Source: Octopus sinensis (taxonomy: Eukaryota). From it: a stretch of 64,000 nucleotides of DNA. The translations under genes and the position numbers were made by a program. Below the pieces are notes generated by a model, which worked only from the letters and a program-made list of their open reading frames with translations, was not told where the DNA came from and searched no databases. This document shows positions 24,798-37,146 of this stretch, one piece after another. Position 1 is the first letter of the stretch. Every line of letters begins with the position of its first letter. The stretch covers positions 96,472,001-96,536,000 of the forward strand of contig NC_042998.1 of NCBI RefSeq assembly GCF_006345805.1. The letters are read 5' to 3'.

Positions 24798-24828
<31 letters not shown>

Positions 24829-24829
24829 T

Positions 24830-24965
24830 ACGAAGGGTGCTGAAAAGTTCCTAGATTTGGGTAAAAGAAAATCAGTAAGATCAGTCAATTATGATTTTAT
24901 CCAATATATTTCCTTTAGATTCACATACTTATTTTTTCTAAACCCTGTGCAAGAACTCGGAAGGT
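24830..24965 (+). mobile_element. Mariner-type TIR/5' remnant
   Basis: TA|CGAAGGGTGCTGAAAAGTTCC start; no matching right end seen. Confidence 0.55.
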
Positions 24966-26689
24966 TGACGAACGCTCAGAGAATATTCGAAAGAACCGGA
25001 AATAACGTATAACAAGCGTAGAGAAATAAATTGTCCGATAGATATTGAGTGCTGTTTCACTCTCTTGTTTCCAACGGAGACATATATATAGCAGAATCGT
25101 TAGCGCTTTAGAAAAAATGCTTAGAAACGTTTCTTCCGGCTCTTTTTGTTAAATTCAAATTCTGCCGAGGTGAGTTTTCCTATCATTCTTTCGTGATAGC
25201 TAAATAATTACCGGTTATTTAACCATAGGTTAGTCCTCTTTGAGTAGTCGTAAGACCAGAGATGTTTCATTCGTAGATATTTTTATATCTAGGACTACAT
25301 TTTCCCATGCTATTCCTTCTATAAGACGAAAGGGTGTAATTTCAAAATGTTTTGGCTACTATTTTAGCAGATTGTGTGACTATGTAGAGTGTTCCTTATT
25401 AAATCATTGTTGTATGTTAGTGTATACATGTGGAGAAATCAATGTATACATAAACAGAAGCTAAGTGCAAGAATATGTTAAACTTCTCGGCCTGACAAAA
25501 GGGGGCGTCTTTATTTTGTTATCATGAAGTGTTTGTAGTAGATTCGGTTCTCTTCTCTGTACTGAAATATACTGAGATATTTTCTTTTTACTTATTAAAT
25601 TCTGTTATGTTGCTTACGGCTACCCTTCAACATATTCTTTGTTCGTATGAATTCTAATTCTGTACACATATGCTTTTGTTAGACAAAAACTAGTGAGGGA
25701 GAAGAATGTTAGTTGCTGTAGCTGCAATCTATTTTATGACCAGAATTGATGTAATAATGTACATTTTGTCCGGGTTTCCTCCCCCAACTTCTATCAGTTT
25801 ATTAATGGCTATTTATGTGGCCTTTGTAGTTTGTTGTTCCGGTTGTATGTGTTAAGAGAGGCGGTGTTATTTATTGTGTTGATATCATAAACTACTTTGT
25901 TCTAGAAGTTTCACAGTATGGCTATTGTTAACTAGATATTCTTTAATATGTGTAAGCTCTTCCTGACAAAGTGTAGGTTTGTAGAATGTATAAAAAGTAC
26001 ATTTGGCCAGGAGTAAAAATGTGAGCCTCCATCTCCTAGTTGGCGCCTCTTTGTATACGCCATTATGCTAGAAGCTGTTAAACAATCTACCTCTCGCACT
26101 AATATCTTCGTAATTATAGCAGCACGTTCGAATTTAATACTGTCTTTAACCCTAACACATTCTCAGTCCTTCCCTGACAGACCGTTTCATTATTCCTGAT
26201 TAGATTAAATCTCAAAATATAATATTTTTATTGTAAAGTACTGAGGTAAGTGACGGCAAGTCTGGTTTGTATAGTTTAATTTAAAATAACTTATTTGTAA
26301 TTTATTCACGAAGTGTTGCCACTTCGAGCGTAATATAAGGAAAAGATATTTGGTTATATACTCGACACAAAATCAAGTCAAATATCACACGTGAAGTGTA
26401 AACTATGTATGTAGTAAGATTCAAAACGATTTGAATTTTTGATATGTTGAGGAAAAAGATTTAGTGAGGAAAATAGATTTTCACTATAACAGCGATGAGA
26501 CGTCAATGGGTGCAAATATGGTTTAGAGCGCCACCAGATTCTCGTATATATATGCCTTCTTTATATCCGCACCTTCTATTATTCCATGTTACTCAATAAA
26601 TCTAGTTTCCTCACTTGATATTTAACATATCACTTTTCTTTCGTATCGCTAACAACGCTCTTCATTTCTGTTTTCTTTTTCTTTTCTTT

Positions 26690-26863
26690 TTTTCTATTGG
26701 TTGTATACTAAGAAGCTTGCTTCCGAACTACATGGTCCGGGTTCAGTCCCACTGCCTGGCACCTTGGGCAAGTGTCTTCTACTATAGCCTCAGGCTGACC
26801 ATGGCTTTGTGAGTGGATTTGGTTGATGGAAACTGAAAGAAGCTTGTCGTATATGTATATATA
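26690..26863 (+). mobile_element. SINE family 1 head (probable partner of the tail at 30640-30860)
   Basis: AAGAAGCTTGCTTCC...GGGTTCAGTCCCACTG...GGCACCTTGGGCAAGTGTCTTCTAC...GAAACTGAAAGAAGC, then (TA)n. Confidence 0.85.
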
Positions 26864-26865
26864 TA

Positions 26866-27558
26866 CAGGGTGGCCACAAAGTCACTCACCATGGGGGATA
26901 TCAAGTATGCTTTATTAGCAATGTAGTAGGTAATCCATTACAAATGTTCAAAGTGTTGGCCATGTAGCTCTCAACAAGTAACCCTACTGAATTTGAAATT
27001 GCGATGAACCCTCTCAAATAGCTCTTCGTTGCCGTTGACTTGTTCACACGCTTTAACAATTCTTTGAAGATATTCTTGGTCATGAATCTTTTCAGAACAG
27101 ACAAGGGGTGTAATGTAGCCCCAGAAGAAAAAGTTCATGGGAGTTAAATCTGGTGACCGTGGTGCCCATTTAATTGGCTCGCGACACCCGAGCCATCTCC
27201 CTGGAAAATGTTCGTTCAGAAAATCCCGAACCTGTAATGCATAATGGGGCGAAGCCCCAGCCTGCTGAAACCAGACAGGATTTTCCCTTCCATGTGAATG
27301 CATGTGAGGCATCATCTTGTTGCCAAGCATGTCCAGATACGAATCACCTGTCACAGAGCCCTCAAAATAAAATGGCCCAATTACTTTATTGTACCAAATC
27401 CCACACCACACCATTACCTTGCTCCCACCTTGTTGATTATCTTCCTCTATCCAACTGAGGATTAGTTTGAGTAATATCGGAAGTTGTGAAAAGAGATTTT
27501 AAAAAATGTTAGCAATTTCACATATTGCAGGATGGTACGTGACTTTATGACCACCCTG
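26866..27558 (-). mobile_element. Internally deleted Tc1/mariner DD41D-type element (693 bp)
   Basis: TIRs CAGGGTGGCCACAAAGTCAC / GTGACTTTATGACCACCCTG (18/20) with TA on both sides. Transposase C-half VWCGI...WFQQ[A]GASPHY...WAPRSPDLTPM[N]FFFWG has 41 residues between the two mutated catalytic positions. Confidence 0.9.
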
Positions 27559-27560
27559 TA

Positions 27561-30500
27561 TAATAACAATAATTCTTGGATGGATTTTATAAACATTTAA
27601 TGCATCGTTTCCAGAAATCACATGACTCTTAAGATCACAGTCTGTATTCCCGGAATGATTACAGTATAGTCCGTAGTATCCGGGGGCATCCGGTTGATCA
27701 TCAACATTGATTCATTTCTTCAGGCGATTCTTATCCCTTTTTGCCAGTCTGAAGGTCAAGCGTGTTTTTTGGGTATTTCTGTCTGTATTTGGTGGGGAGG
27801 AGCGGATATGTTGGAAATAGAGGAAAGAATGGTTTTTATATGGGGATGGAAATGTGTATAGTGCTGTTGGATTTGTTTTCCTATTCATTCAGTAGATGTT
27901 AAGAATGAGTAGTACATTATTTTGTTTGATTTCATTTAAGGCATAACTATCTTCAATAAATTAATAACTCAACAAGTCATCGGATACTGCTGGTGTATTT
28001 TATCAGTGGGGTTTGTTGACAGAATTGATAAATGCTACCTTCAAATGGTGATCTTTGATTTTTCATTGTTTCTGTTGGTATAGTGTATAGCATCTCAAAT
28101 ATTGGTTAGTTCCAAAGACTGTTTAGGTTCATTCGCTGTTCTATTATGTGTTATTTCGTTTCAAAATATTTTTTCAAACTCCAGAAATGATGTTTTATTT
28201 TTCTGTTTACATGATATAATGACCTCAGAGTGCCTATTTATCACGTTTTCCCTGGATATGATTATTTCTAGGGTTTCTACCGGACATAGGTTGCATACCT
28301 GTAATGTTCCGTCATATGGTGCAGCATTTTTTATAATGGACCAGTGGGTCGTATGATCCACTCCATTCGCGCTTGAGTCTCCAGACGATGTTTGATAGAG
28401 ATGTGGAGTGTTTTTTATTTATATTAGAAAATGATGAGAGATGATTTCGCAGACGATTTTTCATGGTGTCCCTGGTGCTACCAATGTACACGCATTTCTG
28501 CGTAGCTGTATTCATCTCACATCTGTACAATGCATTCCTTATCATGCCGTTGTTGTTAAATCTTCATTCCTCTTTACATCTGCAGTTGCACATGATATTT
28601 TTTCCCTTTCTTTCCGTGGAGTTACTATTGGTGGTCCTCTTTCTTCTCCCTCCTGTAACCGTGCATTCATTTTTCCGATGCATGGATTCTACCTTTAATT
28701 GTGTGATGTTGTTTGGGTCCGTTTTTACTATTGATGAATTTTTGTTACCCCTATTTTCCACCATTTTATCGTCGTATTCAATGCTATTAGCTGCGGTTGC
28801 TTGTATTTACCCTATAGTTTTATTATATTTAGTTTTGTGTTATTTAGTTTGTGTATGTGATGCTCTAGATTGCTGGAGGTCGCGTACGCCAACTTCACAT
28901 TATATCTGTTAATGATTTTGTGATATTTAGAAGATCTTGGGAAGTGTTTATCTAATGCTGCGAAGAATTCCTATTCTTGGCCAATTTTGGATTTCACTTG
29001 TAAATTGAAGATCAGGTTACACCAAATAATTTCATCGGTTATTTTTCTATTTCTTTTAATATATCTATTGGATTTGTTAGTGTATGCTGCTGCTTTGTTA
29101 TTATTACTATCGGCGTTTAACGGTGTGCTTCTTTCTAAATCTGGTTGTGGTTTCGTGGGTTCTGTTTTATATCTATCGCTATTAGTGCTATGTTTTTTTC
29201 TTTTCCCTTTTGGTCCTTATTATATTTATTATTATTCTAGGTTCTGGTACTCTGCGGTTATATATATATATGTACTCTGCGGTTATAAATATATATATAT
29301 ATATATATGTTTATCTCCACTATTAATAATGCCCTCTGAATATCGTGCCTTGTCTGTCTTATTCTGTACATATATTATTTTATCCTTTTATCTCGTTCTA
29401 ACCAGTGCTGAGTTGTAATATTCGGCGTGCATATCGAATATCCATTCATCCGTGGATAGTCTGGATATTCTATTACCCACGCTTTTTGGGATGCAACGCA
29501 GTATATGTTCTGGGTGATTGGATCCTCGGCTCACATATTTTAAATTTTCATTTAGCTTTACCATCAATGAAGCTGAGCTTTACCTCTAGGAATTTTACCA
29601 TTTAGTGATTTTTTTCTATTTCAATGTTCAATCCAAAGTTCTTAAAGAATTTAAAGAGTTTTTTCTTGTATCTTTCTATTTCTACTTCGCTACTTTTTAT
29701 ATAGTGAACAATGCGTCGTTCCCATATAATCCTTCCCCACCCCATGTTCGACAGCCAGGATTCTATTTGCGATAATAGGTATATGCCTCCTAAATCCGTG
29801 ACTTATGCGGTATCGCTAGACCCCATTGTGATGTAGAATGAGTTGACCCTGTCTGATCGAGTCCATAGTTTTCCTCTGTATTCTATTATAGTGCTTCTAG
29901 CAGCTAAAAATTATATCTACTTCTTCCCTAGTGATGTTGGAGTTGGTCTTAGCGAATATTAGTGCCTTCTTTAGTAGAACTGGATTTCTGGACTGGTAGT
30001 AGTTCGATATATCTAGCTGCACAAACTTGGTCTTATTTTGTTCCCCATGTTTTTAAACTATGTGATAACTACATTGGTGTTAGACCACAACTTGAAGTTA
30101 ATTTCACATTTTAATTTAGGCATTATCCTATCTATTATTACTTTGCTAATTTTACCTATATCTCATTTAGATGGACATATAAGACCTACTGTTAGACTGT
30201 GCAGAAACTTTTCCTTATGGTCTTTTAGGCTTATTCTAGGTGTCATAGGTGTGTAAGGTCTAGTCTTATATTGTATACCTATTTTCTTAACTATTTCATT
30301 TCCCTTCTTATTTATATTATCTAGTGTGTTGCGCGGTGCGTGTTTGTATTTGCTATGTAATTGCTTAGTTCAGTGTATACTTTAATATTAACATTATAGA
30401 GGTTACCGGTTTTGCTCGCAGATACCAATATTCCAGTTGCATTCCTAAAGGTTTTGGGCAGTTATTTTCCTTTGGTGTTTGGTGCGTTTCTATAGGTCCT

Positions 30501-30610
30501 TCTTAAATTTGATGCTTTTTGATTGCATTAAAAAGTTCCTTCTCGAACGGTGTTAAAACCCTGTTTGGTGGTGGATAGTTGAGTAATTTGAATTTTTCTT
30601 CAGATCTTCG
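27561..30610 (-). mobile_element. Penelope-like element (RT plus GIY-YIG endonuclease), decayed, ~3 kb
   Basis: Frames on minus: SLKDHKEKF...LICPSK.DIGKISKVII; FYITMGSSDTA.VTDLGGIYLL...GLYGND; SNHPEHIL..IPKSVGNRISRLS; IIWCN...KHFP...INRYNVKLAY; CNCRCK...VYIGSTRDTMKNRLRNH...WSIIKNAAPY...CNLC. Confidence 0.92.
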
Positions 30611-30639
30611 TGGAATTCTGTGTTCTAACACTTGGTCTT

Positions 30640-30860
30640 GCTTTTTCTCTGTGTGTGTGTGTATGTGTTTGTCCTCCCATCACCGTTTGACAACTGGTGT
30701 TGGTGTATTTACGTCCCTGTATCTTAGCAGTTCGATAAAAAAGACCGATAGAATAAGAACAAGGCTTTAAAAAATAAGCCCTGAAGTCGATTCGTACTTC
30801 AAGGTGGTGCTCCAGCATGGCTGCAGGGAAATGACTGAAACAAGTAAAAGAATAAAATAG
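30640..30860 (+). mobile_element. SINE family 1 tail
   Basis: (TG)n-GTTTGTCCTCCCATCACCGTTTGACAAC...GGTGGTGCTCCAGCATGG...GACTGAAACAAGTAAAAGA. Confidence 0.85.
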
Positions 30861-31314
30861 TATTATATCGAATGAATTTCGTAGTAAAATTATACAATTT
30901 CACAACAATATTTTATCATACCAATTACAGCATGCAAGACGCATATTAGCCATTCATTGGCTCAGGAAAAACTGTTAACTTCAAATTAACTGTTAGTTAA
31001 GAACATTTTGAAAATTTCTATTATAGCAAAATTTTTTAATTATTGCTAATTACTTGAGTTTTCAATTATTGAATTCGTAACTTTAAATAATTAAAAATTT
31101 GAAACTTAATTCTTTTTATCCTACAAACCATGATTTTAAAATTCATTACCTACATTATATTACCTTGTAAAGATAGAACAATTTTCTATTATCCCATGCT
31201 TTTTGTTATTACTATGAAACTGCCTAGTGTCAAGATAAATTTAAGTTAAACGTAATATTCCACTTTCAGATTCCTATCAAGTCCACACTAAAGTGTAAAT
31301 GCAAACGGTTTCAT

Positions 31315-31520
31315 TTTTTCACACAAGGCCAACAATTTTAGGGATGAGAGGTAAACCGATTACATCAACCCCTGTGGTCAACTGGTAATTATTTCATCTC
31401 CTCCAAAAAGCTGAAAGGCAAAATCTATCACCGCGGAATTTGAACTCATTACCAAAAGAGCCGGTACAAATGCAGCTAAACATTTCGTCTGAAGTGCTAA
31501 CAATTCTGCTTTATTTCATA
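31315..31520 (-). mobile_element. SINE family 2, diverged
   Basis: CACAAGGCC...CTGGTAATTATTTCATC...GAAAGGCAAA...GCGGAATTTGAACTC. Confidence 0.7.
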
Positions 31521-32054
31521 AAATTTGCCATGGCGGCATTACAAAGAGTAGCTTGCGAGCTGGACAGAAACATTAATGAGATGAATGATGAGAAAAATAA
31601 TAATGATGGGAGAAGACAAAAAAACGCCCGCCAATATTTTGCTTCTCTAATACGGCAGTACATTGCGCACCTCCGGCACTGTCCAATTCTTTTTTTTTTT
31701 TCTTTTTATCTTTGGGACGGGAGGGGTCGGCTCCTTTGCCATAACCGCAGGAACCTCGCTTCCTCCCGCAACCTTGGGATCCCTCGGAGAGCAACAATTC
31801 TGCTTACTTGCTGTCATAACGTGTTATGGAAATGATAATATGTTTAGCTTGCTCTGTATATTTTGCAATAAACATTCCGTTTCGAGTTCAACTACACGTT
31901 TTCTTTATTCGTATTGTCTCTGTTAAAACCTACCTCGGATGATATTTAAAATCAAAAGCCATTCCAGATATTCGAGCCAGCATATTATCATATGCACTTA
32001 AAGTTGAAACTACTGTCATGTATGTATGTATGGATGCATGCATGCATGAATGTG

Positions 32055-32099
<45 letters not shown>

Positions 32100-32116
32100 T
32101 ATATATATATGTTTAT

Positions 32117-32211
<95 letters not shown>

Positions 32212-32280
32212 GATAGATTTGTGTATTTATGTGTCTGTATGCATGGATATATATGTGGTGTATGTGTGTGTGTGTATTGG

Positions 32281-32995
32281 AGATTGGATATTGAGAAAAG
32301 TTTGCATCAATCTCACAAAAAGGAGAGAGCAGATAAGGAATCTTAGGTTATAGAAAATATCAACTCGAACCCAACCCTAAAGTTTTCTTTAACTTTGCCA
32401 AAGAAGCAACCTCAGTACGTCACAAGATAGGACCCCTCTTCCAAAAAGATGGCTCCTTCGCATGAAACCCAATGAGGGTAAGTGAAATACTGAACGAACA
32501 GTTCCAAAGTGTGTTAACTACACCTCTGAAACACAGGCAAGTGAACAAACCAGCAGAATTCTTTGCCACTGTATCTGTAATCAAAGTGGCAAAAATTGAT
32601 TACATCAACGTTGAAGAAGGAGATGTAACACTGGCTATAGATGAGGTTGACACAAACTCAGCTAGCTGGCCCTGATGGATTCCCAGCAGTTCTTCTCAAA
32701 TCGTGCAAATGAGCCCTTGCAAAACCACTGCAGCTTCTTTTTCAGAGCTTTCTTGCAAGTGGTAAGCTCCCAGACAAACTGAAGGAAGAGATAATATGCC
32801 CTATCCATAAGGGAGGAAACAGAGCAGATGCTAAAGATTATAGGCCTATCTCTCTGACCTCACACATCAGTAAAGTCATGGAACGCATAGTCCGCAAGAA
32901 ACTAATCGTGTGCCTTGAAGAAAACCCAGCATGGATTTCGACCAGGTAGAAGCTTTCTAACACAGCTCTTGCAACACTATGACTGGGTGTTAAAA
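32281..32995 (+). pseudogene. CR1/L2-group LINE ORF2 fragment (tether plus RT N-terminus)
   Basis: EILNEQFQSV...GPDGFPAVLLKSC...LFQSFLASGKLP...IICPIHKGGNRADAKDYRPISLTSHISKVMERIV...QHGFRPGRS.LTQLL.HYD, with stops and frameshifts. Confidence 0.88.
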
Positions 32996-33399
32996 CTTCT
33001 CGTTTTGTAGAAAGAAAAACAAGACGGAGAAAATATCTTCATTTATATAGAAAATCAAAATTAAAATCACAGGTAGGGGAAAAAAGAGAAACAAACACTT
33101 TTCTTGCTATATTGCGTACTCGTTTCTCTTTTTTTACGATCTGTGATTTTGTTATTGATCTTCTATATAAATGAAGATATTTCCTCCGTCTGGCTGTTTT
33201 TCTTTCAACAAAACGAGAAGTTACATTGCTGAACTGTTATTTTAACGAGTATCTGTTTATCACCCGACGAGATACACCTGCACCGCCAGATGCTCCTGAA
33301 CCAGTTGTTGAGTGTCCCACTCATGAGGGATCGGTGCTAGACGTATCGAAACAATTGTGATTAATAAATTCCCGTATATTCCATCTTCTGTCTTTCATT

Positions 33400-33410
<11 letters not shown>
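32996..33410 (+). mobile_element. PLE-type terminal remnant: ~230-bp fold-back plus degenerate hammerhead (33318-33360)
   Basis: 32996-33072 is the inverse of ~33140-33225. CAC-TCATGA-GGGAT...ATC-GAAAC-AATT-GT followed by AATAAA and (TA)n. Confidence 0.55.
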
Positions 33411-33448
<38 letters not shown>

Positions 33449-34806
33449 TGTATGTATGTATTTCTATGTATATGTATATTTCGCTTTGGCATGGCGAGAC
33501 TAATAACCTGGTTGTTACTCAACTAAGACTCTACCACATCCTGAAGCAGAAACAGGTGTTATATATATATATATATATATATATAACAAAGAGATAACAC
33601 CGGAAAAACAAATGTTATGTAATGACGTTCTTTAGCTTACAGCTGTTTCTGCTTCAGGATGTCGTAGAATCTTAGTTAATATATATATATATTAATCTGT
33701 GTACGGAAGTTTAATCTAATACTGCTTCTATTATAAATAACACACTGATACGCACGCACGCACGCACACACACACACCGTTGCACGCACGCACATACACA
33801 TATAAATGAATATACATTTATGTGTGATGTGTTTACAACTGTTTGCGTGGGCGTGTAACTTGCGTATCCCTATTTTTTTTCATGTGCAATATTAAAGTGA
33901 TTTGCATCCATTTCACCTCTAATTTAATTTAAGGCTATTATGCTTATGCCTTTCAATTATTTATCATCAAAATTAAACCTAGAGCCTAAGCACAACGTTT
34001 ATATTCCATTCTATAACAACAAACTTCATTTCTCTATATTCTTAATCGTTACTACTGACATTCAAATAACTCTCACCGATAATAGCATCCTGATGACAAA
34101 TTAACTATCTAATATTCACACGCCTTCTGGCTCTAATGCTACTTTGAAAGCTCATTAATGTACTCTCCTTTTATCGCTACCCTATAAGGACATAATTTAA
34201 AGCTAACATTTTCGGTCTTTTGTCCCCTAACACTCTGTTTCGACTAAACTCTAGCAGTTAATTCATAGAATTTAATTATGTCATTATTTTTCATCAGTAT
34301 ATTCTCGCTTAATAACTATCTCACAAACCCAGCGTCATTTAGACACCCACTCTCATACGTATATATTTATATGTTTATGTCCGTTTTTCTATACGCGCAA
34401 GGGTTAGGCGAATATGTTATTTGAGGTTCGCTTTAAAGCTGGATGCTCTTCCTGGTGCTGACTCCTACCTGTATTTTCAAGAAAGGAATCATTTATTTCA
34501 TTATGGCATCGAAAGCACGAAGTAGTGGAAGATACTTGCCTAAGGCGCCAGTGTAGTGAAAATGAATTCGAAACCATATGGCTAGGAAGAGAACTCAATA
34601 CGCGTCATTTATTGCAATTTGGTAATTGTGACACATCCCCTAGAGGCGGAGATACTTTAAAATACACTCACACACACACACGCACACACACCGAAGAAAC
34701 TTCCCATGGAAGCTTCTCCCCATCAGACACCTGAATTCATTTCCTATATATGTTTATGCTTTTTCATTGGTAATGTTCCTTCTGTGTTTGCGCGTGCATA
34801 TATATA

Positions 34807-34838
<32 letters not shown>

Positions 34839-34989
34839 TATTCTTTTATTCATTACTTCTTTCAGTCATTTGTCTATGGCCATATTGGAGCACCACCTTA
34901 AAGGTAAATGTTTTATGTCTTCCCAAATAAAACTGCACATATTTGAAGCTCCAATGGAGTTATAGAGTAATACTCCAGCATCCAACGAT

Positions 34990-35421
34990 GCATCGCGTCT
35001 TATAGCTGCAAGCTAATGAAGTTTGTAGCAGAATTGTTTATTCTTTTGCTATTAGAATGGCAAAAACTAACTCGACGAATGACCATGCGTGCATCTAGGA
35101 GGTTCCACTCCGGAGTACAAGTTTGGGTGGAAAGCGCCTCATCGGCGAACGCACAACCTAGGGTTGTTTTTATGGAAGACCAGCAGTCGGCCATGCATAC
35201 CGGCCTCTCCTCTCCACGACACCGATGTTATCCAAGAGAAAGGCAAAATCCGATACAGCTTGGCACCAGTGACGTCGCAACTCATTTCTACAGCTGAGTG
35301 AACTGGATCAACATGAAATATAGTGTCTTGCTCAAGAACACAACATGCAGCCCGGTCCGGGAATCGAACTCACAACCTTGTGATCGTAAGCTCGACGCTC
35401 TAACCACTGAGCTATGCGCCT
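34990..35421 (-). mobile_element. SINE family 4-related element
   Basis: Minus head GGCGCATAGCTCAGTGGTTAGAGCG...GAGTTCGATTCCCGG, GTGTTCTTGAGCAAGACACT, CTCAGCTGTAGAAATGAGT. Confidence 0.8.
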
Positions 35422-35423
35422 TG

Positions 35424-35460
<37 letters not shown>

Positions 35461-35676
35461 CCAGGTGGTGCTATTAAGTTAGACATGGCCTGGGCCAATA
35501 ATGGCCGAAACCTATCAAAGTATCAAAGTATATATATATATATGAATGAATGTTTTTATATATAATGAACGTGAAATACAGGAAGGGACGAACACGGAAC
35601 ACAGACAAATCATTCGAAGCCTTCAATCTTCAATATATATATATATATATATATATATTAATTATATTGGGGTTGA

Positions 35677-35738
35677 TGGGGTTACCATGGGTTCTCGCTC
35701 ATAACGGGTTTAGTCTTACGGCGTATCTTCAGATCCCA
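35677..35738 (-). ncRNA. Degenerate minimal hammerhead
   Basis: Minus: TGGGAT-CTGAAGA-...-GAGAAC-CCATG-GTA-ACCCCA. GAAA is mutated to GAGAA and stem II is disrupted; palindromic CCATGG lies in stem III. Confidence 0.5.
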
Positions 35739-36076
35739 AGCACTGCTGGCTTGAGATCTCTTTAAAATATGGAGTGTGCTTCTCCTCTGGATTTGTGTAT
35801 TTCTACAAACGATCCTATATATATATATATATAAATTTATATAAATAAGGATAAGATCATTATTTAAAATACCGATCTTATCAAGTGGTCAGCATGGGAA
35901 TAGAAACCTCAAAGGTAATAATTATTATTAAAATTATAATTAAGGGTATATAAGAGATACCACCATGCTATATATGGCAGCCAAAACTTGACTCCAAAAC
36001 CACAGTAAATGTTTATACAGCACCAGGAGAGAATACACATGTTATTATGTGCATGCGTGTGTGTGTGTGTGTTTGC

Positions 36077-36165
<89 letters not shown>

Positions 36166-37107
36166 TGAATGCGCACGCGTGGACTATTGTAGATTCATAT
36201 TTGGAAAGTCTCAACATGAAGTTTGTATAAGTAATCAACATATTCAGCTATTAGAGATATATAATATTTCAAGCCACTAGATCCTAAATTAGTACCAGGC
36301 TTTCTATCTATGCTAAATAGTTTCCTAACAAACAGCCATTGCAGTGAAACTTAAAACAGTTGTAAATTCTCCTTCTTCTTAGTTCCGTACACTGTCTTGA
36401 AATGTTTCATGGTTCACTGGCCATTCATCTGAACACAAACTCCCCCTTATTTTTCAGCCGTGCAATAGCTAGACTAATGTGCATACCAAGCGTTCACTGG
36501 ATGCCTGATTAATAAGTAATAAATATTTATGCGCAACATAGCATGTAATAGAAACCTATGATAAATCTGCAGTAATTTACACCTTTTTTTGTAAGACTTC
36601 GCTTTGGAACTTTAGAAATATTAAAGAAATTAAGAAAAAATGTTTTTAAAAAATCTAAATACTCTAATTTTATTTTATACTTCTTATACACGCTGTGCAG
36701 TAAGCAAAATATTTTCTAATTTGTTAATCACGTCACTGACGGACCCATGGTAAGCAAATTAGTTTAACCATGATAATGGACTTCTGGTTTGTGCTTGATT
36801 TAAATAGCAGTCTATTATATATAGATTCTTTTTGCAGTCTGAAGGATGGGGAAGTATTTGTTTTCTACTAAGTGGCAAACTAAAGAGAAGATAAGCGAAA
36901 ATCATATTTTTTATTTCTTATTTGCGACGAAGATAGCAAGATGTATTTTCATCAGTTTAAAGCTTCACAGCAAAGGCTTAAAATGTTATGGTTTAACTAC
37001 TTTAAATGTATCTTCCGTTTCCAATACATGCTGTGTTGTATGTATGTATGTATGTATGTATGTATGTATGTATGTATGTATGTGTATATATATATATATA
37101 TATATAT

Positions 37108-37146
<39 letters not shown>

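Larger units (their letters stand above)
23533..24798 (-). mobile_element. Second non-autonomous Helitron family (1.27 kb) with captured piggyBac sequence
   Basis: Minus strand: A|TCTCTTATTATAAAAGGCAGATTTTATCTGCC 5' end; 3' ACCCGAGCAACGCCGGGCGATACTGCTAG|T. Confidence 0.85.

Noticed and set aside
27620-27740. Expected hammerhead at the 3' end of the large Penelope (minus CTGAAGA at ~27716-27722)
   Set aside because: Partial stems are present but GAAA and the NUH triplet cannot be assigned convincingly.
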